Of a stretch of 64,000 nucleotides of DNA, positions 11,831 to 25,999 are shown one piece after another. The DNA comes from Eledone cirrhosa. Lineage: Eukaryota. Within the stretch, counting starts at the first letter, position 1. Every line of letters starts with the position of its first letter. The notes beneath the pieces are model-generated. The model was not told where the DNA came from. It was given only the letters and a program-made list of their open reading frames with translations, and made no database searches. The position numbers and the translations under genes are program-made. Location: positions 373,364,001 through 373,428,000 of the forward strand of contig OZ024740.1 in assembly GCA_964016885.1 (NCBI GenBank), read 5' to 3'.

Positions 11831-13947
11831 CGCGTTACTTGGTAATATAACCTCAGTATTCGATTAGAACGGAATTATACAAATATTAGGCAATAATTGT
11901 TACACAGTCTCAGAAAATATTAAGAGGAAAATTAGTTTCTGTTTAAGCCAAGATAACGCAATATTTAATAAACACCAATTCCACTATATTTACGCTGGCG
12001 ATGTGACTGATCATACAATTCAGAGACTTCCATCTCATAAATAAAAACAATCTCTTGCTATATCGCTATGCACGATTTTTCCTAATTGTCCAAAGGTGAA
12101 ATGATACTGTTAGGCTAGTTACAAAAGTATTTTTAGTAAAACGGTTTCATGTAAAATCACTAGCAGATTTGCTCTTATTTAATTTAGTGGTTGGTCTCTC
12201 ACCAAAACCCCGAGTGAATTTGTTTTGGTTGACTATATTATCCTCTGATGAGTTTTATTATTTAGTGACGTAGTCAGTATTCCTAATCAATTAAACTCTA
12301 TTAAAGCAATCTCATGATTACATTACAGAATATGTACACCATCGATTAATAACAGCGTTTTAGTAATGCATCTAAGTATACCTAATTATCTTCTCTTCAA
12401 TGTTTATGAAATAAATATTGGCTTTTTAAAATACAGATGTTCTTTGACACTGAAAAACAAGTTTTTTGAGTGCCATATCATCCACTCAAGGAATTCAGAA
12501 TGTTCACAGCGTCTGGCTTTATGCAATCTCAGTAAAATTATATATCTTAGGTTAGAAGTTACACATTTTAGAATGATAACAATAATTAGACAAATGAAGA
12601 CGCTGAGTAATATTTTTCCCTAAAAGCATTACTAAACAAAATCTAAACAGTATATAATTCTATGTATTAAATTCAAATCGACTGCTTTGGGAAAAAGTAC
12701 TAGTAGTGCTGTTTGCAGAAGTTTCTGTTTTTCGTTCATGCAATAAACATTTAGACTACATTGTAATAAGATAAAGATGCAGTATTGATAACACTAAAGA
12801 AAAATAAATTCGACAGACGCGACTGAAAAAACATTAGACAGAGACGACGGAAAAGGGACTAATTATAAGCTTACAACCTGATACGTTGCTATAAGATGAG
12901 GTCTCCACTAATAAATGTCACTGAACTTTTCATAAATGCTAATACGTTTAGAACTAAGGTTTATTTTACCTATAGTTATAGTTAATTTGAGGGTTATGCT
13001 TTCATATGTTAGTAATTAGTAGCATACGATTGATTTTTTTAAAATTCGTGAGTGTTTGAACTAAAGAAATTTCAGAAAGGAAATTTTCTGATTGTGCGAT
13101 AATCGACCGTCATAGTTTTCCATCCATTTCCCTTCGTCTCGCTCTGTATTTCCCTTTATATATATATATCGAGAGAGAGAGAGATAAAGGTGTACGCATA
13201 TATACATACATGAACACTCGTACACGCTTTCTTTCATTATATATATATATATATTATATATATATATATGTGTGTGTGTGTACATGAAGAAAAGGAAGCG
13301 TCTATGTGTGTATGTATGTGTGTGTGTGTATGTGTGTGTGTTATATGTGTGCGTGCATGTGTGCTTGTCTGACTTTCTCTGGCTGTATTTGTATGTTTAG
13401 TGTATGCGTGAATGAAGTATTTCTCACACAAATTTCAAACCATGGTACATGAACGATAACAGCAGCAATACACCAACAACAATAGCAAAAACAATAGTAA
13501 AATCATCTTTATTGAAATCGATACCAACAAAGAATTCTCTTCACATATTTTCCATTACCTATTATTATATAGTCTAGAAGTGAGGCAATAAATCTCCTGA
13601 ATACTCCTTTGTGGAGCATAGATATAAACACTATAACATCATAAAAGAGATAAGCTAAAGTTAGTATGCTATTTACTGACGGGAAATGTAATGTAAGGTA
13701 TACATTTTTGATAAACATACAATATTACCCTTTCTCTTAAATGTAACCACTAGTTACATGACATGATTTTATCTCAACATGGGCAGAAAAAGTGGGATCG
13801 ATAAGAATGTGTTCTAGTCTGCATTGACCTTCCTCTAAGAAAGCAAACGTACTCTCAGTTGAAGTGATTAGTGGTTTCTAGTTATTTATGTTGTATGCCG
13901 AATCTCTCAAATCTCATTGATTATATCTAATTTGCATAATGTATCAT

Positions 13948-14008
13948 ATAATTGTTTCTACTATTGGCACAAGGCCAGAAATTACCCAGTACATTACTGG
14001 TACTTTAA
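13948..14008 (-). mobile_element. SINE 3' fragment
   Basis: TTGTTTCTACTATTGGCACAAGGCCAG...TACTGGTACTTT. Confidence 0.8.
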
Positions 14009-16272
14009 TAATGAAAGTCGATTAGTTATTTAATAAGGGAATACATTTCATATTTTCATAGTATAATGTGTAATGCAAGACTTACTAATTTACTACGTAG
14101 CAACAAACGAGGATTGTCTCGATGAATTTCTAATCTACACCGTTTTTCATTGAAGAGGGAATGCTTATTACATCCGCAGGAAAATACTGATAGATAATAG
14201 CTATTTCGGCACATCGAAGCTCAGGAAAGTTGAAGAGGTTCATGTAATTTGCATAGAAGTGCACGTGCTGACAATGTGGTTTATCAATTAATTAAAAATA
14301 CAATACACATCATTTTGAATAATTAATTTTGGGTAATGAGAATTATTTTTTAATATTTAATTTTCTATATTAATAATTAATTAAACAAATAATTAGGATA
14401 TTAATTAATTTGCTACCTACAGAGACTGAAAGAAATGAAGAATTATACCTGCCAAATGAGGAATATTTCAGATGCTATATTGTCAAAGCATATTGCATTA
14501 TGTCATTTAAACGATATACTCTACTTCAACGATAATATCAGAAATTAAATGAACAACGTTTCAGACTTATTTATAGTTTGAATTCTGTTAACTTTTCTCA
14601 TAAATATTATTCATTATATCATAATTTTATACTTTGTTGATCGCATCAAAAATGTACCGTTGGATTCAAGGGTTTGGATCGAATATATACACTGGGGTGC
14701 CTTTGTTAATCACTTTGTTAGTTTTGAAATGCTTCTTTATTATCGAACATAAATAACGCAACTTAGGCAATAAGACAATTGCAAAATGCTCGAATACCGA
14801 ATTATGTGAACGCCTATGCGTAAGTGTATATGTGTAGGTGTACGTATATACATCTGTATGCGTGATAAGTGTACCCCTTGTTAGTCGTCACATTATACCA
14901 AATACACTTGCATAGACGACGCCACATGCTCAAAACATTTCTTAATATGATGAAACATTTGATCTCAAATTCGACTCAGGAACTCCTTAAATATGCATTT
15001 ATGCTCCATATCGTATCTAGTGACAGGTATAATGAGTTTCAGTTAGTGCCAGGTTTAGAAATCAGTTCCCTTGAAAGTGCATTAGAAGAACACTTCGGAA
15101 TTCTGCCATTTTGTCAATAACTTTCATGTAATCTATGAGACCCAATCTAAACAGCATAACATTGTAGACTTTTACCTCTGTCTGCTGTTCGTTGTATACA
15201 AAGGAACATTAACTGTTAAGCTCATTATCTATTTTTACGAGAAGAATTAAATGTAACAGTAATGCAGCCTTTCATAAAATTGTATTCTATTAATTACAAG
15301 AGGTTGTTTTAAGGAAGATTGTTGTGCTTTAGTAATATATTTCACAGTTTCACCTAAAGCTGGCAGTTCGTTGCATTTTCAATTAAATCAATTGTGGTTA
15401 TATTTCACTAGCTACAAAAGTATAAAATGTGACAAGCAAATTATTTCAATGTTCCATTTAAAATATGTTTCATAAGATTTTAATTGTGCTTACGATCGCT
15501 TATTAGGGTTACTACACATCATATTACAATGAAATTTCATAAATAACGATGTCATTGAAGCGTTGCAGTTTTCTATTAAAGGGGATGAATGGGATTTGTG
15601 TTTAAAACAAAAATGAAAATGTCAAGAAGAACTGGATTGGTGAAAACTAACATCCTCTCATTAAACACAAAATGATCCACATACATGAGAAAACATTACA
15701 TGCTAATGGCTTAACAGAAGTAATATTAATGTTCTTGTTCACGGTTATGAATAGAATAGTATTTCGTCCCCATGGATATAGATACAGGAATATATTTCAC
15801 CTTAATATTACAAAAAAAAAACAAGAAAAAAAACAAAAAAACAACAGAATTTCTGCACATTCTAAACCTGTACATCCTGAAAAGCATTAGTAACAACATG
15901 ACTATAAGTTACCTCTCTTTTCTTTCCCAGTGTTACAATAAGAAATGTGGATAGAAAGAGAAAAGGAATTAAGTTTAAAACGGAAATAGGAGAAAGCAAA
16001 ATGAAACAACCCGTTATTGATTTTAGCTTTGGTTTTAAAATTGAAGCTAATTAAATTTAGTATTCTTTTGAATTTATTGCAACTTTTAGCAAGAGAGTGG
16101 TGTTATCTAACAGGCCGTTTAGCTTGCTGCAGGAAAAAAAATGAGGACACTGCACTGTCATAATCTGGTAGTTGTCAATAGAAATAAAAATGCCGATTAA
16201 TCAAGGAATGAGAAGAAATACATGAAAGATATCACAAGACATGCGCTGCTGACAAAGAAACGTTATATTATA

Positions 16273-16462
16273 AGGTGGTGGATTGGCAGTATCGGTAGAG
16301 GGTCGGACGCCATGTTTGCAGCAGAGTTACGTCCCTTTACGAACCGAGTTTAAATCCCGCCGAGGTTAACTTTGCCTTTCATCCTTACAGGGTCCATAAA
16401 ATAAAGTACCAGTAACGTACTGGGTACTTGTTTGCCTTGTGCCATAGGTAGAAACAGTTATA
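16273..16462 (+). mobile_element. Full-length SINE
   Basis: Matches the consensus, with A and B boxes. Confidence 0.9.
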
Positions 16463-16466
16463 TTAT

Positions 16467-17378
16467 AAGAAGGCAAGAAAGGGAGAAAATTAACAGATAC
16501 CAGGATTTAAAGTAGTGGTTAAAAAGGATTTGGGGCTGTCATGAGATCAAGGTCGTCCCAATTGTCATAGGAGCATTAGATGTTGCCTCATAGAGTTTTC
16601 AAGGATGGTTAAAGAACATATCGGTAGAGGGTCGGACGCCAAGCTTTGCAACAAAGAGTTACAGCCCTTTATGGTCTGTGTTTAAATCCCACCGACGTTA
16701 ACTTTGCCTTTCATCCTTACGAGGTCGATAAAATAAAGTACCAGTAATACACTGGGATAATTCCTGGCCTTGTGCCAAAAGTAGAAACAATTATTAGTCC
16801 AGCCCCGTCTTTTCGAACACTTCAAAAGGCATGCTTGCTGGGAACAGCAAGAACTCTCCAATAATCCTGAATATCTCTTCCACAAGAGGAGTGATGTCGA
16901 TAGACTCTACTTAAAGAGATATGATGGTGGAATTGGTCTTATCAGCATAGAGGATGGTGTTCAGATGGAGAATAAAATTAATCTGCACACATATGTGTAT
17001 GAGAGTAGGGAATCAATGCTCAAAGTTGTAGTGAAGGAGAAGAAAATAGACTAGGGGATTAGCAAGGAGGAAATAACAAAAGAAATAGAGCAACCTACAT
17101 GAAACATCCCGTCATATCACCTTCTTTAAGTAAATGGAATTCAGAGATCCACAGACATGGAGCTGGTTAAAAAGAGGAGATCTTTAAAAAGTTGCAGAAT
17201 GATGGTAATGGCTGCACAAGACAAGGCCTGGAACATTTCAAAATGCATGCTTGCTGGGAACAGCAAGAAACATGCGATACGTCCTGAATATTTGAAGCAG
17301 TAGGTAGCGGCTTGATATTCATTTGAACAAATTTCCTGTTAAATAACGTCAATGACTGAATAACGATAATAATAATAA
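16467..17378 (+). mobile_element. Two degraded R4/Dong family-A fragments (16467-16877, interrupted by a SINE at about 16620-16795; 16878-17378, internally deleted, ending in (TAA)n)
   Basis: Nucleotide homology to 24250-25300 (EREKINRYQDL.., FHKRSDVDRLYL.., KACLLGTAR). Confidence 0.85.
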
Positions 17379-17565
17379 CTGTTTCTACTTTAGCTTCAAG
17401 GCCAGCAAATGCTCAGTACATTACTGGTACTTTATTTTATCGACCCCGTAAGGATGAAAGGCAAAGTTAACCTCGACGGGATTTGAACTCTAACCGTAAA
17501 TGGACGTAACTATGCTAGAAAGCATGGCGTCCAACCCTCTAGCGATACTGCCAAGTCACCGCCCT
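17376..17565 (-). mobile_element. Full-length SINE with an approximately 19-bp TSD
   Basis: TAACGATA(A/G)TAATAATAAC on both sides. Confidence 0.9.
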
Positions 17566-17619
17566 AACGATAGTAATAATAACATTAATATCATTATCAT
17601 TATTATTATCTTTATTCTT

Positions 17620-18370
17620 TGAGACTTCCTTTGAACTCACCCACTTCTTTCGCAAACCTGACGACAGAGGCCGAATTTGATAATACACATTTACAACCAA
17701 TTTTGAGCATTACATTATTTTCTGTGTCTATTTTAGAGATATCTTTCCATGTATCCGCTCCAAATATTTTTCAGTACCTAGCGGCTATCATTGTTATTGT
17801 ATAGGCCTTAAAATGCAACATTTTTTTAAATTTCATTAGATAGATCTTTATATTTTATTGAGTTTCGGAACTCCTTGGATATGTTGCGATCTGATTGAAT
17901 GCTTATGTCAATCAAAAAACAGGTTTCCTCTTTAAGGTCCTTTACAATGATATAAGGCGTGTTGCCCTTAATTGTTATGTCATTATTCACAGGGAAATGC
18001 CAGAGGTTTGTCACAATATAGCATCCTGTTACTGCATCTGGGTGTTGGTTTTACAATTTTCCTTCCGTTTCCATACTATAAAAATTGCACATTACTCAGT
18101 GTAAGTATTTCCCCACTCTACCATGTCGCGATTTATATTCCTGCGGAGCAGTCTGAAACCCAATAACCTATGGTCTCAGTAGTTTCATAAAAGAATTGAC
18201 ATATTTGGTCAAGTCCATTTCTGATCACATTGGTTTGAAATTTGCGACTGGAAGACACTAGTTTGTGCAGCCAAAATGAAGCCCTAACTTCGGCTTGATG
18301 CCCATAAATCTGTAGCCCATGATGGGTGAGGGCTTGGTCTACATTGGAGCTTTTGCTGCAGAGAACAGGC
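17620..18370 (-). mobile_element. Degraded R4/Dong-type 3' fragment (RLE domain)
   Basis: NLWHFPVNNDITIKGNTPYIIVKDLKEETCFLIDISIQSDRNISKEF..KYKDL (cf. LWDFxIQTD...RPDIV...CxLIDxSxP..KYxDL). Abuts an ATT-rich tract. Confidence 0.8.
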
Positions 18371-18559
18371 TGCCCCTGTAGTGGCTTTTGCTCCTATTTA
18401 GCATCTATCATATCTGTAAAACACATATATGATGGAGCCATACCACGAAACATCAAGGATGTTGTCTTGTACAGCAGTGCAGGTGATGACCGGAGTCATG
18501 CCGTGACCATTACTTGCTCATTTAAGAAAATAAACAAAATAAAACCCCCACAGCTTGCA

Positions 18560-19400
18560 TCGTGAACGTCAGATACACCCACATAATCATTAAACAGCAA
18601 GAATGATAAAAACAACAGCATCAATGGCAACGTCATCTATGAAAAACAGGACCAACAAGTACAATGTGAACAATGACAACACGACCAAAAATTACAATGT
18701 GAACATTAACACAACTAGCAACTACAACAATAACCACAACCCCTCCAGCAACAACATCAGCAACAGTAAGGTGACCAGTTACAGCATCAGCAACTGCAAC
18801 AAGGACAACTAGAAGAACAATTTCACTGCTGCTGCAGTAAAAAAAAAACAAAAAAGAAATGACATGCATTAGCATGGACCTCATTCAAAAAGGTAATATT
18901 TTGACCCCAGCATGCACGTTCATTAAACAAGAGCAAACATGGGTAACCTTAACACTCCTGGCAGATGCCATAAACGTGGTGATTTTTTAGATGTATTTCA
19001 GTGCAGATTCACGAAGCGATATTCACACCGAAATCCAAAGTTGTTGCTGCGCTGAAATGCATCAGAGGTGACACCGAGTACATAGTGAGTGGCAGACAAT
19101 ACGGCACCATCTCGGTGCTGTTTAAATCAGAAGCCCTCGCTGTAAAACACTGGGTGACCCCATGGAAAACCAGCAAAGTCATTATGTACCCTCCCACATG
19201 GGAAGAAGAACAGCAAAAGATCGCAATCCCAGGATAACCTAGGACTAGACTTGTGATGTCTATTTGACTGCGTGATTGTGGTTGGGACAAAGTTCACCAG
19301 AACAGCCAGGGAAGTGGTCCAGTATTGACTTGGAGTAACTATTAGGACTTCAAAGGTGTTCTCAAATAAAATACCACCAACTCGATCTGCAAAATCCCCC
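18560..19400 (+). mobile_element. Possible degraded LINE ORF1 fragment preceded by AAC-rich low-complexity sequence
   Basis: VVAALKCIRGDTEYIVSGRQYGTISVLFKSEALA resembles an RRM-like ORF1 segment. Recollection only. Confidence 0.25.
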
Positions 19401-21784
19401 TGAAGTTATGTAGCACGGCACCTTTCTCTTCACTACCCAGTCAACACGTTATAATAAAGTATGTTTGGTGTTGTCCTGCAAGAAAAGTCGCTGGCTGAAC
19501 GACCTCAGGTCATTAGATATCGATGTGACTGGCGTCAAAATAGCCTGATTAATATTACTTAGTAGCAGCTGTAGTGGCTTTTTTCGGTTTCTGGGCTTTT
19601 AGGTTTCCATCAATGAACTCCTATTGCTTTAATATATCCAATTATTATAATACAAATAATATAATGGTTTCAACTTGCATAATTGTTAGATGGGGCCGAT
19701 GGTATCATGATTTTTGATAATTATTATTTATGAAATATATAATATAGTTTTCTGCAGAATGTGTGACTGAAGGCGTGTATAGTTTGCAAATATCTGTGAG
19801 AGTAGGCAGAAATAAATAGCTATATAAATAAAGACATGAATGATGGAATACATTCGACAATGTACAGAAGTGTATTAAGATATAAAGTTAAAGTCAAAAT
19901 GTCTAGAATAAAATCCATGCTGTAGATTTTAATTACTGTCAGATTCATGAATACAAATATGTAATCCATTGTGTAAAAATGTTTTGTGGTTGACGCTGGT
20001 ACATAAATAATATTTAGAGAGGCCGGATTTTGTAAATTGTAATGCAGGATTTATTGTCAAAAGTATATGCTATAAGTGATACGTAGTATGCATGTTATAG
20101 GTAGGATTAACTTGTGCAATAAATTTAGGCAGTTTGTGTTATTTACATTTTATCAACGTTATGAATGTTGGGATAAAAGATGTACAGAAACTGGAAAATG
20201 TTTTTATTTGCCTTAATTAAACACGATCTCTGTTGATTTAATTCTAGACTCACCGTACTACATGAATGACGCGCCCATCGTCCAAAATAGGTCTATTGAC
20301 CAGTTTTCAAGTACGTTCGGTGAGGCATGTGTATGCTACATACAATTGTAAGTATCTATAGTTACGCCAGTATTGACTACTGCGTAACAGAAATACGTTA
20401 TTATCCATCATTGTGTTCCTCGCTGGAGTAAGGGCAGAAAATGTTTGACATAGTCACTACTTTAAAACTGTTAGCGTATGTTCTTCTAAATGTTTTTAAA
20501 AAAACATACGGTATATTGCCAAATATACTATACATACATTTATGTATACGTCGCTATTTCAGAGCACCAATCCTAATATATATATATATATTGTTATGCT
20601 TTGGGAGGGTCATGTTGCCAATAAGAAACACACGCACCAGCTGCGTTCACTTCAATTTATTATAACTTAAATTAATAAATTTATAAATTTATAAATTTTC
20701 GGTTGGTTGGTTGGTTCCACAACCAGACGATTGTTCATATATTGTCAAAGTTCTTTCGTCACACATTATGTAACCACTTCAGTGACTGGGGATTCTTTTG
20801 TTTGTTTTGGTGCTCTCCTTTGTTCTGTCCTACGCCATCTTGTTTTAGCAGTACAATGTTATCCCATATGAATTTCCATATATATTGCATTAAGAACATG
20901 TTTGGTTGATCGTAACATTTCCTCTTAGTTTGATTTTGAGAATAGAGTTCAAAATCATTCAACGAGGTGTTTTGAATTTCAAATTTAACAAGGGCAACTG
21001 ATGAAAGCTGCTTCCTATTTACAATAGGAAAACTTAATGAGATTGATGTACTCGTATGAATCTAGCGGGACAAATTTGATTTCTAGGTTTAATAACCACA
21101 ATTATCCAATTGGATATGCTTAACTTAGAATTGCAGCAAGATTTAAATCTGCGAACATTACTTCTCTGTAAGGTTGCAATAGAATGGTATAGGTCTATAA
21201 AGAGAATGCAAGTTCGGACGGACCAAAACCTTTCCGTATAGCTTACATAAATGTGCTAGTGTTGACAGCGCGTATGTGTAGTTGTTAACTAATGCAACAT
21301 AGCGTCTTTGGTTAATAACTTCGTATTTAACGAGTACATTGTAAAATTAATTGTATTTGAGGACGTGACTATTGCAAGTAAGGTTAATATGCTTTCTTTG
21401 CGTGTTAAAAGAGAGATATTATAGTTAGTATAATCGTCAAAGCAAAATTCATCTGTTTATTTAAGGTACTATTGTCATCATCACCAAAAGTAACAACAAT
21501 AAAATGAAATAAAATTATAGATGATATGACTTCATGTTTTTGCAACCTAGACATGGAGACGCATAAGAATAAATACATGCATGAGAAATGTTAACCATCT
21601 GTAATTTATATTCCTTATTTCCCTATCCAGAAAAAGGGAACATACATATCTAGAAATCGTCAAGGTTGGAGTTAATAAATCTGCATTTCCAACCAACCCG
21701 TGATGAACTTCACGAAACATAACAACACTATAAAAAATCGTTTCTGTATTTGTTTTGCAAGAGATTATTATTTAAATGTTCAAG

Positions 21785-21970
21785 GGCGGTGAATTGGCAG
21801 TATCGGTAGAGAGTCAGACTCCATGCTTTGAAGCATAGAGTTACGTCCCTTGATGATCTGAGTTCAAATCCCGCCGAGGTTAACTTTGCCTTTCATCCTT
21901 ACGGTGTCGATAAAATAAAGTACCAGTATTACACTGGGCAATTGCTGGCCTTGTGCTAAATGTAGAAACA
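21785..21970 (+). mobile_element. Full-length SINE with a perfect 18-bp TSD
   Basis: ATTATTTAAATGTTCAAG at 21767-21784 and 21971-21988. A box TGGCAGTATCGGTAG and B box GAGTTCAAATCC. Confidence 0.95.
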
Positions 21971-23852
21971 ATTATTTAAATGTTCAAGTTTGGCATGCTG
22001 GTATAAGGCTGACTAGGGCTTCTCCGTCTTGATTTCTCGGCACTCATTCGTCATGTTTTCTGCTATGCTGCTGGATGTCTCTCCTACACATGTCGTTGTC
22101 TAGTTTCTTCGATAAATCCCATTATACCTCGTCGTATAGACTGCATTCCTAATTTTGAAGTTTATCGCTGTGCTCATATTACACACTATACAATTTCTAT
22201 TGGTACAGCATGAGTAAGTTATGTTGATCTAATTTTCTCCTAAATATTTACACAAAATCGCTTCTAGGAGTAATGTCGAATACAACTGAACTCTGGTATT
22301 TTTAGTCTTCATACCAAAGTTGTCAATCCTTATCTTCTTCTTAGTCGTGATACACTATTTCTGATTTATAGCGGGTAAATCCCAATCGTGTCGTTTTCCA
22401 TGATGGTTTTAAATTTTGCTATGGTAAGTTTGTATACTAACGTTATATTTGAAGCACTGCATGTGGCGGATGAAGATATAATCGTCCCTGTTCATCTGTT
22501 GATCACACATGCATGACACGTTCTTCCTCACCTTTAGTTAGCTATCAAACAATTAATATTTGTTTTAAATAAGATCGTTAAGATAAGATCATTTAAATAA
22601 GATTCGGTGGATCAGGTAATTGTGTGCTGTGCGTTTGTTTGGGCTGTCTTTCTTCCATGCAAGCTAGAGATCTGTGTCTAATATTGGTAATATATAGTTA
22701 GGATGCTTAGTTGGGTAGTCTCTCCTCACGTTAATACACTGGTGGAAGAGGTTGGCTATTTGCTGGAGGATTTCCATGGTGTTACATTCTAGTTCAGGTT
22801 TCTCTCTTGTGCGGTGTTTTGTACAGCTATAATAATATCATCTGGACAGTGAGAGTACATGTTTATGGTTACGGAGCTCTCTACTAAACGTTCATTTAGT
22901 CTTCAGTTCTACTATACCATAAACAGGTTAGCCACACCACTAGCAACGTTGACGCCGATGGCCACCCTCTCATCGTATAGTTTGTTATAGTGATTAAAAC
23001 TGATTATATATCATACGTTTCGCAGCCACAAAGAAGTAGTAATCGAATCAGCTTCTCTAACTGTTCCATTATAATCTTCTATGTAACGATTTGTTCTGCC
23101 AAACCTGCTCCACTACTTCAACATGCAACCTTTTAACATGCATCATCCCATGATCAATTTGAATATTACCCAGAAGGATTTCAGAAAACTGGGATGGAAC
23201 AAAATGAAAATGGACACTGTTCTTTCTATTTCAACTCCACAGCTATCATTTATATTTTTTTTATTCTAACTAAATTACAAAACCAAATTCCCAATGACAT
23301 GAAAAATTATGTTAAATAATATAATGTATTGCAAAAGCATTTTTGGATTCAGATCACGTAGGCTACATATTTTATATTTTATGATGTTCACCGCCCACAC
23401 TTAACATGATTACTATCAGCACTCATTAACAATATTACAATTGCTTACTATAAAATGTTTACAAACCTTTGTATTATTTATTTTAATTCTGCAGTAAAAT
23501 CGATTTTCTCAAAGCCAAATTATGGTTGTATCAATCAGTTGCAAATATCAATGATTTCATTAATTAGAAAGGATGCCGATCTCAGAATCGCTTCGGATAG
23601 CGTTTCGTTTCATGTTTTATATTTTCGTTATTTTTTAAATATTTATTAATCATGTTGTTTATTCGGAAATTATTATTTGTTTTCTAATTTCCTTTTCCAT
23701 GACGCCATTAGCTGCACTAAAAAGTAAATGGCATCGATTGCATGTATTTTCTACTGCACAATGTCTGTTTCGATCACTGTAATTTTGTTGTATTCACCAC
23801 TAGCATTACTCCGGCATTTCTATTGTTGTTATTATTATTATTATTATTATTA

Positions 23853-24195
23853 TCCCAGCATTTTGTTGAAAGATGGGTGAGAGAAGCAAGAATGGCCCGA
23901 GTGAATGGGCCGACTCTGAGTATATATCTGTAAACTAAAGGTGGAAAACTGGGAGAGGGCACTTGCCTTGGTGGTCAGGGTCATTGTGGCTTTTTACTGG
24001 GCTTTCTCCACAAATGTCCCTCCGAAGTCTCCCCCCTATTGGGGAATTTTTCATTGTTATTTTCATTGTTATTTTTGTTACATCCTCTGTTTTTGTTTTT
24101 TTACACGCAGAAATGCCCATTTGTACCGTCCTGCATTGTCCTGCACTGTCCTTAATGTCTACTTTATGTAAACCCTTGTGGTTAATAAAGAAATC
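23853..24195 (+). mobile_element. 3' end of an L1/Tx1-like LINE between (TTA)n tracts
   Basis: C-terminal peptide FVERWVREARMARVNGPTLSIYL*, T-rich 3' UTR, and AATAAA just before the repeat. Confidence 0.45.
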
Positions 24196-24247
24196 ATTAT
24201 TATTATTATTACTATTATTATTATTATTATTATTATTATTGTTATTA

Positions 24248-25975
24248 CTCTTTGAGGCTCAGTCATTGATGTTAGTTAACTGGAAAGTTTGTTGAAATGA
24301 ATATCAGGCCACTACCTGCAGGCTCAGATATTCAGGACGTATCGGAGGGTTCTTGCTGTTCCCAGCAAGCATGCTTTTTGAAGCGTTCCAAAAAGCGTGA
24401 AGGGGCCAATTTTCTTTAACCATCCCTGGAAACTTTTTGAGATAGTCCCTAGTGCGCCCATGACAATCGGGATCACTTTGACTTCATAGCAGTTCCAAAT
24501 CCTTTTTACCTCCCACTTTAAATCCTGGTATCCGTTAATTTTCTCCCTCTCCTTCTCTTGAACTCTCGTGTCGAATGGGCAGGCCACATCCACAATCAGG
24601 CACGGTCTTTTTTCTTTGTCCACAACCACCAAGTCAGGTCTATTGTGTTCCAGTTTCTTGTCCGTCTGTATCCTAAAATCCCACAGCACCTTCACCTGAT
24701 CGTTTTCTATCACCGCCTCTGGCTTATGTTCATACGATTTCTCAGAATGTGGTAAATTGTTTACTTTGCATAGGTGCCAGTGGATCACCCTGCTCATCAC
24801 ATCATGTCTCCAGCCCTTATAGTGAGTCTGGACTAGGGTTTACACTCGGATACAATGTGAGCCACAGTCTCCTCTCTCTCTCTCCACAGATCCTGCACAG
24901 TGGGCTAGCCTCCTCCTTGTAAATATGGTGTTTCAACCACTTCATTTTGAGGGCCTGCTCCTGCGCAGCCATTAACATTCCTTCTGTAGGCTTTTTAAGG
25001 TCTCCTCTTTTCAACCAGTTCCATGTCTGTGGATCTTTAAATTTAGTTTTCTCAAAGAAGGTACTATGAAGGGATTTTTCCTGAAGGCTGCTCTTTCTCC
25101 TTGATGTTATTTCCTCCTTGGACATCCCCTGGCCTATTGTCCCCTCCTTCAGTACAGTTCTGAGCATTGGCTCCTTACTATCAGTCACGTATTTGTGTAG
25201 GTTGTTTTTCTCCATCTGAACACAGTCCTCTATGCTGATAAGACCTCTTCCACCTTCAGATCTCCTCAAGTAGAGTCTATCGACATCACTCCTCTTGTGG
25301 AACATGTCGTAGATAGTCAATAGCTTCCTAGTCTTCCTATCCATTTCTTTTTGTTCAGCAACATTCCATCTCAGAATTCCCGCACTGTACCTAATAATAG
25401 ACACTGCTCGGGAATTTACTGCACTTTTGGCATTACTACTGTTCAGATGTGACTTTAATACGTTCCTTACTCTCCGAATGTATTCAGTTCTTATCAATTC
25501 CTTCATCTTTTTTGTTCTTGATGTCATCAGCCTCCAGAACGCCCAAATACTTGTATCCTTCTTCAGAGTCAATTTCCTTTATCGTTTCACCTGTTGGTAC
25601 CTGGATTACGTTACTTCTGCTCAACTTACCCCTCTTCATCACAATTACTCCACACTTACTAATACCAAATTGCATACATATATCATTGCTGAAAATACGG
25701 ACAGTGTCAACAAGCACATCCAACTCCTCACTCCTCCCGAAGAGCTTAAGATCGTCCATGAAGAGGAGGTGATTGATGGTAAGCCCTCCCTTTCCCAACC
25801 TGTATCCTGCTCTCACTTTTCGCAGTACACTGGTCAGGGTCATCAGGGCAAGGACAAACAACAGAGGGGTCAGACTATCTCCCTGGAAGATACCTCTCTT
25901 GATCTTCACGCTTCCCAAGGATTCTCCAGTTGATGTTAACTCTGTTTCCCAGGACTTCATACTTTTGCCCAACAA
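24248..25975 (-). mobile_element. 5'-truncated R4/Dong-clade retrotransposon, family A (RT C-terminal half, CCHC knuckle, RLE), frameshifted
   Basis: GIFQGDSLTPLLF, NHLLFMDDLKLF, YKYLG, CRICGE..AHI..C, RHD, RPDLVV..IVDVACP..EK..YQDL. (TAA)n at both ends. Confidence 0.93.
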
Positions 25976-25999
25976 CTATTATTATTATTATTATTATGC

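Noticed and set aside
12245-12280. Isolated CTGATGAG (also at 33946)
   Set aside because: No stem II or GAAA follows.
21990-23120. Possible very old RTE-like relic on the minus strand
   Set aside because: Similarity too faint to support by eye.
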